Assembly (NCBI GenBank): GCA_963664115.2
Contig: CAXWPJ010000002.1
Location: 128,001 to 192,000 of the forward strand
DNA: 64,000 bases
Direction of reading: 5' to 3'
DNA from: Terriglobia bacterium
Lineage (GTDB): Bacteria; Acidobacteriota; Terriglobia; 20CM-2-55-15
Positions 1-9,629 of the stretch are shown here, in pieces (positions within the stretch are counted from its first letter, which is position 1; every line of letters starts with the position of its first letter). The notes under the pieces are model-generated. The model had not been told where the DNA came from, did not search any database, and saw only the letters and a list, made by a program, of their open reading frames with translations. Position numbers and translations under genes: made by a program.

Positions 1-316
1 CTCGCAAGCGCTCACCTGCAGCGAACATCGCAGCAAAGATGCCCTTCGTGTCACAAGCACCCCGTCCATACAACGCTTCTTCATCTTCGGAGACATCCAA
101 GACAGGCGGAACGGTGTCGATGTGCGTACAGAAAACGACCCTCGGATCTTCACCGGCATAGGCGAGGACATTGAAGCGATCGTCGCCCACAGACTGGGTT
201 TTTACGCGGTATTCCTGTTTTTCAAGAAAAGAACTGAGGAAGCGGCCAACGTCCCCTTCGGTCCCTGTGACCGAGGAAATTGCCATCAATTGCTTCGTCA
301 ATTCAAAAGGAGTCAT
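1..316 (-). CDS. M20 family metallopeptidase/deacylase (ArgE/DapE-like), 3' part outside window
   Basis: Manual translation MTPFELTKQLMAISSVTGTEG...FCTHIDTVPP...LYGRGACDTKG carries the M20 HxDTVP and GRGxxDxKG motifs; absent from ORF track. Confidence 0.85.
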   Translation of the reverse strand, partial: MTPFELTKQLMAISSVTGTEGDVGRFLSSFLEKQEYRVKTQSVGDDRFNVLAYAGEDPRVVFCTHIDTVPPVLDVSEDEEALYGRGACDTKGIFAAMFAAGERLR

Positions 317-395
317 AGCAGGACAATCGTAAATATCGAATACATTCCCTCGCCCGAGGCGTTCATTATAGATCGGTATCGATTACAATCGGTGC

Positions 396-731
396 GTGAT
401 TACCGAAGCGGAATTTACCCAATCCAGCGATGCAGTCCTCGAAGCGCTCAATCGCTCCATGGACACCATCGCCGACGACCACGACGTCGAAATCCTGTTT
501 CAGAGCGGTGTCCTGTCACTGGAGATCGAAGCGCCGACCGTATCGAAAATAATCGTGAGCCCCAACAGTTCCGCCCGTCAAATCTGGATCTCAGCCCAAT
601 CGACCAGTTTCAAGTTGGACTGGTCTCCGGACAACGCCGCTTTCATCTTCCCTGCCACCGGAGAGCCTCTCGACGTACTCATAGGCCGACTTGTGGGTGA
701 GGAGCTCGGCGTCGGCCCGATACACCTGTAA
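396..731 (+). CDS. cyaY: Frataxin/CyaY-like iron donor protein
   Basis: 111 aa acidic; GVLSLEI...IIVSPNSSARQIWISA matches the CyaY motif region. Confidence 0.7.
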   Translation: MITEAEFTQSSDAVLEALNRSMDTIADDHDVEILFQSGVLSLEIEAPTVSKIIVSPNSSARQIWISAQSTSFKLDWSPDNAAFIFPATGEPLDVLIGRLVGEELGVGPIHL

Positions 732-770
732 CACAACCTCTTCTAACCAGCAGAGAACCTGAGGCATATC

Positions 771-1267
771 TCAAGGGTTTCGATGTATCCAGAATGCGAC
801 AAGGAGGCTCAGGCCCGTTTTGGCAAAGTCCACGAGGGAATAGGCGGCATGAATCAAACCGAAGGTGTTCAGCTCGGGTGGAGGCGGATCGCGCGGAACA
901 AAGTCGAGGGCCCGCCCCACTGAAACAATCGGAGGCGTCAAACCGAGGGTAAGAACCACGGCGAGGATGCACATGGCGCACGCGCCCACACGGACTCGCT
1001 TCGACTCTGAATGCCACACCAACCACAGCAGTAACGCACCCATACCAATCTGGACAATTCCCCAGGCAATGAAAAACAGACGGTTCAATTCGGATGAAAC
1101 GTATCGCATAAACTCCCGCGCCACATCGCTGCCCAGCGACGCGACGACGTCGTTAAACCCCCTGAACCAGTCCCGCTGCCAAAAGGCGATCGATCAGATA
1201 GAAATTCTGCGTGGCCACAACAGCCATGAAGATCGATCCCATGACCCAGGCCCCGATCAGGGCTAGT
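771..1267 (-). pseudogene. DUF4149-like membrane protein, 3' part; interrupted by IS1380 and frameshifted
   Basis: Removing the IS and one CTAGT joins VALGKKRDAA (GTG at ~3148) to LALIGAWVMGSIFMAVVATQNFYLIDRLL; a frameshift near 1155-1180 then joins ...AREFMRY...ELNRLFF. Confidence 0.65.
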
Positions 1268-3114
1268 CCCAAAACAAGCGCATAACCAGTCCGCCGAGGC
1301 CCAGTTCGCGCCGATAGAATTCGAGGCATAGAATCCCGTTCCCGGATGGCCTGTTCCAGGTATCGAGTTTCTGTTGAATCTGTTTCAGTTCAGCCTCGCT
1401 GGTGTTGGACGGTTGACAGAAACCGGGACCTCGATCGCCCGGGCTCAGAGTCATGATCGGGTCAACATCGCAGAGGCTGACGCAACACATCCACCCCGCG
1501 GAACAAGACCGGCAACCACCGGTTCCAGGCCAGGATCCGGAACAGAATGCGCCGCCCGGTGCGCACGAGTTGGCACGGCACAAGCATGAAAGCGTTCAAG
1601 AAGGTTTTGAACTCCATGCGCAGCACGGTTTGCTTCTCAGCCTGATATTTTTGGCCCCAACGTCCGGTTTCGGGAAGCAGCAATGCAAACCACGCTTTCA
1701 GTGTCCAGGCCAGTGACGCGATCACCATGTAGGCCCAGTTGCTGGTCTGATCTCCGACCGGCATCCGCAACGCCTGAACGCCGTTCTTCAACTGCTCAAT
1801 GAGATTCTCCTGATTGCACCGTTGATTGGCACGCATCACAATCTGGTCGGCCGGATCCGAACGGTTGGTAATGTAGAAGAAGTACCGGATGTCGTCAAAC
1901 AACACCTGCTCTCCTTTGGCCACCGACAGATTCTTCCGCACCACGACGACACGGTAGTCCCGATCGCAGGCTCCGGGTCGATACCGAAACTCGGCCACAT
2001 CCTCACCCTGCAAGCGGATATTGTCGAAACCGCGCTGCCGAACGATCTCTTCCTTCACGTTGTCGGGACGTTGGCGCGGTTCGGTCGCCACGTCGTATTT
2101 CGCGGGCCGTTCCAGGCGCTTCCACTGGCGCGGCTCCAGTTCATCGGCCCGGGCCTTCAGGTTCGCCATCGCGTCAATCCCGAATATGAAACCCACCTGC
2201 TGGTCGTCCCATCCGTCCAGATGCCGGGTCTGGCTGAAGTCCGTGTCCCCGCGCAGCAGGATCTGGCGAAACCCCGCATGCCGGCACAATGCGATGGCTT
2301 GGTCGAACCGGACCGCGGCTCCTTCATGCGACGGCCGGTTGCCGCTACGATTGACCAGATACAGCGGTTCGGCGGTGTTGGCCAGCGAGATCATCAGCGG
2401 GTGATATCCCCACGTCCCGTCGTAGGCCACGTCCATCCCTTGCTTGCATTCCCCCGTGGTTTCGGCCAGTGTCCCGTCCGCGTCCAACACCGCTTCTTCG
2501 AAAAACGCCGCCGGTTGCTGTCGCCAGACTCCGAGCCGGACTTGATTGGTTGCCTCCATCAGACACTCCACGTCGTCGGCCTCGAATCTCCGGCAGAAGT
2601 CTCCCGCCGTCGTCGGATCCGGAATCCGTTGCGCTCCCAGCGCATCCAGATACACCGCATCGTTGCGCCGCAGTTCGATGTCTTCCAGGCACGTTCCTCC
2701 GCTCAAGGCGTTGTAGGCGATGTTCAGCACGTGATCCGACTCGTGATACGGCAGGTGCCGCTTCAACACATGCACGCCCTTGTCGATGGCTTCGATCAGC
2801 CCGGTCCGCCGCGCCACCAGTTGCATCGTCCCGATACCACCAACCGATGTGCCCCGCGTCCGCTCTCCCATCTCGTACTGAATGTTGCTCGCCGAAAACA
2901 TCGGCTCTACCTGATCCGTCCAATGCCGGTCCCCAAGCCGACGTTCGATTCGCCGCTTGCGGTTCCTCATGTTCTTGCGCGTATAATCGTTCATCTGAAA
3001 TGCCTCCTTTTCCGAAGAATCTGTTCAAGGTTTTTTTCGCACGGAGAGGGGGCATTTCGGGTACTTCCGCTCTTATTGCACTATCATTTCCTCGTCAATC
3101 ACGCTTGTTCAGGG
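1268..3114 (-). mobile_element. IS1380-family insertion sequence, copy 1 (1847 bp)
   Basis: Imperfect TIRs CCCTGAACAAGCG / CCCAAAACAAGCG; 5-bp duplication CTAGT (1263-1267, 3115-3119); same sequence as 25245-27091. Confidence 0.9.
1462..2994 (-). CDS. IS1380-family DDE transposase
   Basis: 510 aa; LDADGT, GYHPL, LLRGDTDF, NQRCNQENLIEQLK motifs. Confidence 0.92.
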   Translation of the reverse strand: MNDYTRKNMRNRKRRIERRLGDRHWTDQVEPMFSASNIQYEMGERTRGTSVGGIGTMQLVARRTGLIEAIDKGVHVLKRHLPYHESDHVLNIAYNALSGGTCLEDIELRRNDAVYLDALGAQRIPDPTTAGDFCRRFEADDVECLMEATNQVRLGVWRQQPAAFFEEAVLDADGTLAETTGECKQGMDVAYDGTWGYHPLMISLANTAEPLYLVNRSGNRPSHEGAAVRFDQAIALCRHAGFRQILLRGDTDFSQTRHLDGWDDQQVGFIFGIDAMANLKARADELEPRQWKRLERPAKYDVATEPRQRPDNVKEEIVRQRGFDNIRLQGEDVAEFRYRPGACDRDYRVVVVRKNLSVAKGEQVLFDDIRYFFYITNRSDPADQIVMRANQRCNQENLIEQLKNGVQALRMPVGDQTSNWAYMVIASLAWTLKAWFALLLPETGRWGQKYQAEKQTVLRMEFKTFLNAFMLVPCQLVRTGRRILFRILAWNRWLPVLFRGVDVLRQPLRC

Positions 3115-3143
3115 CTAGTGCAGCGTCGCGTTTTTTTCCTAAA

Positions 3144-3240
3144 GCCACAGGCGTTTACTTATTGAAGTCACAGACGAATTTTTGATAAAACCACAGGCGG
3201 TTTTTTACTCGAGCCACGGGCGTTAATGTCGCTTGTGGCT
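3144..3240. repeat. Cluster of GCCACAGGCGTT-like motifs
   Basis: Copies at 3144, ~3190, 3213 and inverted at ~3230. Confidence 0.6.
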
Positions 3241-3247
3241 GACTAAG

Positions 3248-3976
3248 CTAACGGCGGCGTATCAGGCCCTTGGCATTCAAGGCGAATCCGTCGGGGAGAG
3301 TCTCCTCGATTTTCGGACGGAAACCCTTAACAGGCCATTCCTGATCTGAAAAAATCTCTGCGATCTGCCGGCGAATCCGCGGTCTATCCTCGGCCTCAAG
3401 GAACACTTCAAGGAGACGCTCACGGACAGTCTGGCCGAGGCTGGCCAGAGCTTCAATCGCCACGATCCGCACGTCGTCATCAGAATCTACGAGAAAGGTC
3501 TGGAGCGTCGCGCTCATTTCTTCGGTGACATGACCCTGGATGGCCCGAAGCAGGCTGACCCGATGCTCGGACGCCGTGAATTCACTTTCAGCGACAGTCT
3601 CGATAATCTCGATGAGATGGTCAATCAATTCCTTTTCAGGGAGGATCCGCGCCAAAGCCTGCACGGGCCAGTCCACCTGGTGATGAATTTTCATGAAACG
3701 GAGAATAGGCCCGACGGCTTCGGGTCCTTTCTCGACAAGCATCTCGACGACCATCCTCTTTTCTTCGACATCTTGTGTGATGACAAGGCTCGATATCGTG
3801 AATCGCTTGACCAGACCTAGAATGGCCTCGGGAGTTCCCCACTCAAACAGGCGTTCGGCCGCTTCGATCCTGGGACCTTCCTCCCCGTGAGGTTCGGTCA
3901 GCCTTTTAACGGCACGGTCGATTTGCTTTTGCGAGAGACCGCCTCGTCTGAACAGGTCAAACATATTGATGAACAA
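3248..3976 (-). CDS. HEAT-repeat protein
   Basis: Helical repeats such as PRIEAAERL and DSDDDVRIVAIEALASLG. Confidence 0.7.
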   Translation of the reverse strand: MFINMFDLFRRGGLSQKQIDRAVKRLTEPHGEEGPRIEAAERLFEWGTPEAILGLVKRFTISSLVITQDVEEKRMVVEMLVEKGPEAVGPILRFMKIHHQVDWPVQALARILPEKELIDHLIEIIETVAESEFTASEHRVSLLRAIQGHVTEEMSATLQTFLVDSDDDVRIVAIEALASLGQTVRERLLEVFLEAEDRPRIRRQIAEIFSDQEWPVKGFRPKIEETLPDGFALNAKGLIRRR

Positions 3977-3981
3977 TGGCG

Positions 3982-4019
3982 AACGCCTGTGGCCCGAATC
4001 AAAAACGCCTGTGGCTCGA
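3982..4019. repeat. Two tandem AACGCCTGTGGC motifs (inverse of 3144-3240 motif)
   Basis: Exact 12-mers at 3982 and 4004. Confidence 0.6.
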
Positions 4020-4061
4020 ATTAATTATGCTTACTGACGGATGGATCGTCGATCAGTCCAG

Positions 4062-4859
4062 CTAATCCCCTATGCGCGTCAGGGAAAAGGGATCAATCCG
4101 TGCGTTCTGGATACGAAAACCCCAGTGAAGATGGGGTCCGGTAACCCGACCCGTCGCGCCAACCAAACCCACGACCTCGCCCCCCTCGATCATCTGACCG
4201 GGTTCGACGTCAATTTGCGACAAATGAAGGTAAACCGAATATATGCCCAAACCGTGATCGACGACCACCGTATTTCCATTAAAGAAGTAGTCCCCTGTCT
4301 CCACGACCCGCCCACGACTCGTGGAACGAATCGGGGTACCCGCTGCCGCGGAAATGTCGGCACCGGAATGAGGATTCCTGGGCTGGTCGTTAAAAACACG
4401 CCGGTGACCAAAATTACTGCCCTGAGCATTTGGAATCGGGACGACGAAACCGTCATCCCAAAGAATGTCCGGCGTGATCTGAGCAAAAACCTGGCCCAGT
4501 CTCTGGCTCTCTCTCCTGGACCGTTCCAGGTTTTCAGGACTCAACTCGACGAAACGGGGTTCGACTGTGAGGCGGGTTATCGGGAAAGACTTGGGCTCGA
4601 CACGGATCGCTTCATCAAGCACCTCGCGTCTTCCGTCCGAATATCGAAACGTCACCGGTGCCGGGTAGTCTCCGGCACCAAGATCCAGGTCCGCACCGAT
4701 AATCGCTACCCATCCATTGCCCGACCGGATCAATGGGATCGTCCGGTTCCGCCACTGCACTGCGACATGATCCAAGCCATCCTCGTTCGGATATTCCAGC
4801 AGCAGCGCGTCGCCCTGCACCACTGAGAACACCGTCAGCATGAGAGCCAGAAAGGACAT
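4062..4859 (-). CDS. M23 family metallopeptidase
   Basis: HSGADI, YLHLS, GATGRVTGPHLHW motifs; signal peptide. Confidence 0.9.
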   Translation of the reverse strand: MSFLALMLTVFSVVQGDALLLEYPNEDGLDHVAVQWRNRTIPLIRSGNGWVAIIGADLDLGAGDYPAPVTFRYSDGRREVLDEAIRVEPKSFPITRLTVEPRFVELSPENLERSRRESQRLGQVFAQITPDILWDDGFVVPIPNAQGSNFGHRRVFNDQPRNPHSGADISAAAGTPIRSTSRGRVVETGDYFFNGNTVVVDHGLGIYSVYLHLSQIDVEPGQMIEGGEVVGLVGATGRVTGPHLHWGFRIQNARIDPFSLTRIGD

Positions 4860-5017
4860 ATCACCTCCAAACGCATGACCCGGATCGGAAGACAGCTCGT
4901 CCCGGCCGGTCTAGCCTGTAGTTTACGCCCATCCCCGGGAAAGATCAGGTCCCCACCCGTGTCCGGTCAGGAGCCTCGTGTTGAGATCCTGACTCTTTGC
5001 GCACGTTTGTGCTTATT

Positions 5018-7207
5018 ATGGATCTCGTGTCGCGTGCTGAGGAAAACAAACTCCTGACCCTTGAGGACATTTACGATCCCGGCAGGAAGGGGATTTTCGA
5101 GGGCAAATCATCAAGCCTGCGAAAATGGGTCAGCGACGACCACTACCTGGAACTCATCAACCATGAAGACAAGAACGACGAAGAAAATTCACTCTGGAGG
5201 CGCATTGATGCCCGAACGGGTGAGGGCGTCGCACTCTATGACCTCGCCGTCATGCGGGCGGCTATTGAGGAGTCCGCTGGTGTTAGTGCCTCAGACGCGG
5301 CTGAAATGTCCCGGCCGTCGAAGCATCGTTTGAACTCCGACCAGACCGCCGCACTAATCGAACACAATGGCACGCTGGCCTACTACCGGTTCGGGTCCGA
5401 TCGCATCACACGATGCAACACCGACATCGACATGGAGGCAGGCGCGGTTTTCAGCCCGAACGACACCTGGATCAGCTACATCAAGAACGACAACATTCAT
5501 GTCACCAACGTCCTGAACGAAACGACCCATGCACTCACGACCCGTGGCGGTGGTTCAGTTCTCGCCGGCCGCCTGGACTGGGTTTACCAGGAAGAGCTCT
5601 ACGGCCGGGGTAACTTCACCGGTCACTGGTGGAGCCCGGACGCGACACACATCGCGTTTCTGGAGTTGGATACGTCCCAGGTCCGGGAGCATTGGATTCC
5701 CGATCACGTGTCGAACCAGCAGGATCAAAAAATCCACTACCCGAGGGCCGGCGAAGCAAATTCAACGGTCCGTTTGGGTGTGGTGAGTGTTCCAGACGGT
5801 CAAACACGTTGGCTCGACACATCCAAATATGACTCGATCGACCACTTGATTGTCCGCGTCGCCTGGGCAGCGGACGGGTCCTATATCATGTTTCAAGTAC
5901 AGGACAGGGAACAGCAATGGTTGGACCTGGTTAGAGCCGACCCCAAAACGGGTCAGGTCCGTACCATCTTCCGAGAAACGACACCTGCGTGGGTCGAGGT
6001 CCTCGATAACCCACACTGGCTCGATGACGGTTCCTTTGTCTGGCTTTCAGAGCGTTCCGGATGGCGTCACATTTACCACTACAATGAAATCCAGGATTCG
6101 CCGAAACCCGTCACTTCCGGCGATTGGGATGTGCGTAAAATCTATGGAATCGACACGGTTCAGCACTGGATCTATTTTTCGGCCACCGAACACAGCCCCA
6201 TCGCTGCCCACACCTACCGGATTCGTCCCGACGGTACCGGTTTAGAACGGCTCACGGATCGCGACGGCACACACGCGTCCACGTTTTCCCCGACGTTTCG
6301 ATATTTTATCGACTCCTGGTCAAACGCAGTCACACCTCCCGAAGTTCGCCTCCATCGTGTTCTTCACCAGGGCGACGACGAAACGGTAGACGAAGGGGAA
6401 ATTTTAAATACCCATTCGGTCGCCAATCTCAGCATCTATGCCTGGGGCCGAACCGAACTCACAAACGTGTCCGCGCGCGACGGATTCAAACTTCCAGGCA
6501 TCATGATCCGGCCTCCAGACTTTGACCCCAACCGCAAGTATCCCGTCCTGTGCCATGTCTACGGCGGCCCCATGACACCCAAGGTGCAGGACGGGTGGGG
6601 TGGGTCCATCCATGCGTGGCACCACATGCTGGCCCAGAGAGGAGCCATCGTTTGGGTCCTGGACAACCGGTCTTCGAGCGGCCGGGGCGCAGTTGCGTCC
6701 TGGACAATCTATCGCCGTTTCGGAGAGATGGAATTATCGGATCTTGAAGATGGCATCACCTGGCTTAAATCCCAACGTTATGTCGACCCGGAACGTCTGG
6801 GAATATGGGGCTGGAGTTTCGGTGGATACCTCACGGCCTACGCGATGACCCACGGTGCCCTGTTTCGGATGGGCATCGCCGGGGCACCGGTTACAGACTG
6901 GAACCTGTATGACAGCATTTACACCGAGCGCTACATGTCACGACCCTCAAACAATCCGGAAGGGTATAGAAACAGCTCAGTGCTTGAGGCCGCCGACAAA
7001 CTCCATGGCAAACTCCTGATCCTTCATGGCACGATGGACGACAACGTCCACATCGAACATTCCATGCAACTCGTTCATAAACTTCAGAAAGCCGGTAAGG
7101 ATTTCGAGACCATGTTCTATCCACAAGCCAAACACAAGATCGAGGATCGGAAACAGCTGTACCACATGCAGGGGGTGATGACGAATTTCGTGTTGGAGAA
7201 TCTCTGA
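5018..7207 (+). CDS. Dipeptidyl peptidase IV (S9B)
   Basis: DWVYQEE, GWSFGG nucleophile, HGTMDDNVH; start approximate. Confidence 0.92.
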   Translation: MDLVSRAEENKLLTLEDIYDPGRKGIFEGKSSSLRKWVSDDHYLELINHEDKNDEENSLWRRIDARTGEGVALYDLAVMRAAIEESAGVSASDAAEMSRPSKHRLNSDQTAALIEHNGTLAYYRFGSDRITRCNTDIDMEAGAVFSPNDTWISYIKNDNIHVTNVLNETTHALTTRGGGSVLAGRLDWVYQEELYGRGNFTGHWWSPDATHIAFLELDTSQVREHWIPDHVSNQQDQKIHYPRAGEANSTVRLGVVSVPDGQTRWLDTSKYDSIDHLIVRVAWAADGSYIMFQVQDREQQWLDLVRADPKTGQVRTIFRETTPAWVEVLDNPHWLDDGSFVWLSERSGWRHIYHYNEIQDSPKPVTSGDWDVRKIYGIDTVQHWIYFSATEHSPIAAHTYRIRPDGTGLERLTDRDGTHASTFSPTFRYFIDSWSNAVTPPEVRLHRVLHQGDDETVDEGEILNTHSVANLSIYAWGRTELTNVSARDGFKLPGIMIRPPDFDPNRKYPVLCHVYGGPMTPKVQDGWGGSIHAWHHMLAQRGAIVWVLDNRSSSGRGAVASWTIYRRFGEMELSDLEDGITWLKSQRYVDPERLGIWGWSFGGYLTAYAMTHGALFRMGIAGAPVTDWNLYDSIYTERYMSRPSNNPEGYRNSSVLEAADKLHGKLLILHGTMDDNVHIEHSMQLVHKLQKAGKDFETMFYPQAKHKIEDRKQLYHMQGVMTNFVLENL

Positions 7208-7335
7208 GACGTCAAAACATTTATTTTCTTGTGGAATACAGCTCACCATCCCTCCGGACGGGCGTCTCATATACTTTTTGGGCTTGGAATCATTTCAAAC
7301 GACAGACATGGCCTTTTCATGGAATAATTTAGCGT

Positions 7336-8058
7336 ATGGTTAGTGTTTCCGTATTGGGCGCTTTCGCGGCCGGCATCGTTTCGTTTCTTTCACCGTGTGT
7401 CCTCCCTCTGGTTCCCGGCTACATCTCCATCGTCTCCGGCGTTTCGCTGGAACAGTTGCAGGCGGACCGCAGTGCATCGATGACAAAGACGGTGGTGGCA
7501 AACTCTGTTTTCTTTATCCTTGGCTTCTCAACGACGTTCATCGCACTGGGTGCCTCAGCGACGTTCCTGGGCCAGGTCATCATGGGACAGATGGCGATCC
7601 TCTATCGAGTGGCGGGCATTGTCATCATCGTTTTCGGCCTCCACCTCATAGGCATCTTCAAGATCCCTTTCCTCTATCAGGATAAGCGCTTCCACAACGT
7701 CACCAAACCACGCGGCATGTTCGGCGCCTATGTTTTGGGCCTGGCTTTTGCATTTGGCTGGACGCCCTGCATCGGCCCGATTCTGGCAGGCATCCTGACC
7801 TTTGCCAGCACTAGGGAAACGGTTTATCAGGGCATATTTCTTTTGGCGGTCTATTCGGCCGGCCTGGGTTTGCCTTTTCTTCTGACCAGCCTGGGATTGA
7901 ATAAGTTCCTGTCTTTTTATGGCCGATTCAAGCATCATTTCCACACCGTCGAAATCGTCAGCGGCCTCCTTGTTGTTACGGTGGGTGTCCTGATTCTCAC
8001 CAACAACTTCACACGACTCTCGGGCTACCTCGGTTTTCTGAACCGCTTCGCGCTGTAA
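7336..8058 (+). CDS. ccdA: Cytochrome c biogenesis thiol-disulfide transporter CcdA
   Basis: SFLSPCVLPLVPGY and FGWTPCIGPIL motifs. Confidence 0.92.
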   Translation: MVSVSVLGAFAAGIVSFLSPCVLPLVPGYISIVSGVSLEQLQADRSASMTKTVVANSVFFILGFSTTFIALGASATFLGQVIMGQMAILYRVAGIVIIVFGLHLIGIFKIPFLYQDKRFHNVTKPRGMFGAYVLGLAFAFGWTPCIGPILAGILTFASTRETVYQGIFLLAVYSAGLGLPFLLTSLGLNKFLSFYGRFKHHFHTVEIVSGLLVVTVGVLILTNNFTRLSGYLGFLNRFAL

Positions 8059-8139
8059 TCGACACGCACTCTCACCTTCGGCCCTACCCCACCTCTTGTG
8101 ATTCTGGTTGTGATTCTGGTGTGTTAGAATCACGCGCCC

Positions 8140-8289
8140 ATGGACGAAATCCTGGAACGTCTCCTATCCAGCGCCGAAGAAACATTTGGTGCCGAACGCG
8201 TTCTAGCACTCAAGCCATTCCTCGAACAGGCGGCTTCGGACCTTTACGTCCTTTCGCTCTACCCGCTGGACTCCACCGATGACGCCTGA
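8140..8289 (+). CDS. Small 49-aa acidic protein coupled to amidase
   Basis: MDEILERLLSSAEETFGAERVLALKPFLEQAASDLYVLSLYPLDSTDDA; stop overlaps the amidase start; TAGAAT -10 box 9 nt upstream. Confidence 0.55.
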   Translation: MDEILERLLSSAEETFGAERVLALKPFLEQAASDLYVLSLYPLDSTDDA

Positions 8290-9595
8290 CGACTTCTCCC
8301 TGAAAGCGGTATCGGAACGCATACGCGGTGGCCAATCCTCGTCGGGCCAAACCGTGTCTCTTTTCCTGGACCGGATTGCCCGGGCAGAGAGCAGGATACA
8401 GGCATGGACGACCGTGGACTCCGATGGCGCGTTGGGGCAAGCCGAAGTTTTGGACAGAGAGGCCGCCGAGGGCCGCTATCGGGGCCCACTCCACGGTGTG
8501 CCGGTCGGTATCAAGGACATCTTCAGCACTCGCGGACTCCGAACGACGATGGGTTCGCCTCTGTTTAAAAACAATGTGCCCGATCACGATGCAGCCGTCG
8601 TCGAGCGGCTGAGGGAAGCAGGTGCGATTATCCTCGGAAAAACCGCCACAACCGAGTTCGCGGCCCTCGACCCGGGACCCACGCGAAATCCATGGAATCC
8701 GGAGCACACACCGGGGGGGTCGAGCAGCGGCTCCGCAGCGGCCGTAGCGGCCGGAATGTGCCCGGGAGCCACCGGGTCACAAACCGCAGGCTCGATCGGC
8801 CGCCCTGCTGCGTTTTGCGGTATCGTCGGGCTCATGCCCACCGCATCGCGCATATCGCGGGAAGGCGTCTTCCCCAACTCATGGTCTCTCGACCACGTCG
8901 GCGCGTTCGGACGCAGCGTGGACGACGTCGCTATGATGACGTCGGCCATGTCCTCCCGCCCCCTGAGGCATGACCCTGCCATAGCCGCAACTGAGATCCG
9001 GGTCGGCGTCGTCCGCGAATTCTTTCACGAAAACACCGATACGGAAGCATGGGAGCTTCATGAACAACTCATTGACCGGTTGAAGGGGGCTGGTCCCAAG
9101 GTTGAAGAATTGTCACTGCCGGATACGTTTCCTAATGCGATCGCGGCCTTGAGAACGATCATGCGGGTCGAACTCGCCGCCGCCCATGCCGAATTACATG
9201 CCCAACACCGAGCAGACTATGGCCCTATTCTTCGTGGCCTGGTGGAAAGCGGGCTTCTTATTTCTGCGACCCAGTATCTTCGCGCCCGACGATTGCGGCG
9301 CATCTATCAAAAGGAAATGGGGCAGCTGTTCACCCGTTGTGACGTAATCCTTTCACCGGGCGCCCGGGGACCCGCCCCTTCGGGCCTGGGCAGTACCGGG
9401 GATCCAACGATCTCCGCGCCCTGGACACTGGCTGATTTTCCGACACTTTCCTTGCCGATAGCACTTGTCAAGGACGATCTGCCAGTCGGCATTCAACTCA
9501 GCGCGCAGCGGCTGGATGAAGGTCGGCTCCTCAAAATTGGAAGATGGTTCGAACAGTGGGTGGGGTTTGCGGAACTCCCCGAAATCTACCATTGA
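8279..9595 (+). CDS. Amidase signature family enzyme
   Basis: GVPVGIKD, HTPGGSSSGSAAAVA, GSQTAGSIGRPA. Confidence 0.92.
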   Translation: MTPDDFSLKAVSERIRGGQSSSGQTVSLFLDRIARAESRIQAWTTVDSDGALGQAEVLDREAAEGRYRGPLHGVPVGIKDIFSTRGLRTTMGSPLFKNNVPDHDAAVVERLREAGAIILGKTATTEFAALDPGPTRNPWNPEHTPGGSSSGSAAAVAAGMCPGATGSQTAGSIGRPAAFCGIVGLMPTASRISREGVFPNSWSLDHVGAFGRSVDDVAMMTSAMSSRPLRHDPAIAATEIRVGVVREFFHENTDTEAWELHEQLIDRLKGAGPKVEELSLPDTFPNAIAALRTIMRVELAAAHAELHAQHRADYGPILRGLVESGLLISATQYLRARRLRRIYQKEMGQLFTRCDVILSPGARGPAPSGLGSTGDPTISAPWTLADFPTLSLPIALVKDDLPVGIQLSAQRLDEGRLLKIGRWFEQWVGFAELPEIYH

Positions 9596-9629
9596 AAACG
9601 AGCACCTGAACGTCACTATAAAGAACACT

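Noticed and set aside
122-700. 192-aa + strand ORF
   Set aside because: Overlaps the M20 gene (antisense) and cyaY (other frame), which both have clear motifs
1822-3185. Long antisense/alternate-frame ORFs over the IS1380 transposases (also 25194-26537) and IS256 (29675-30891)
   Set aside because: Shadow ORFs of GC-rich coding sequence with no recognisable motifs
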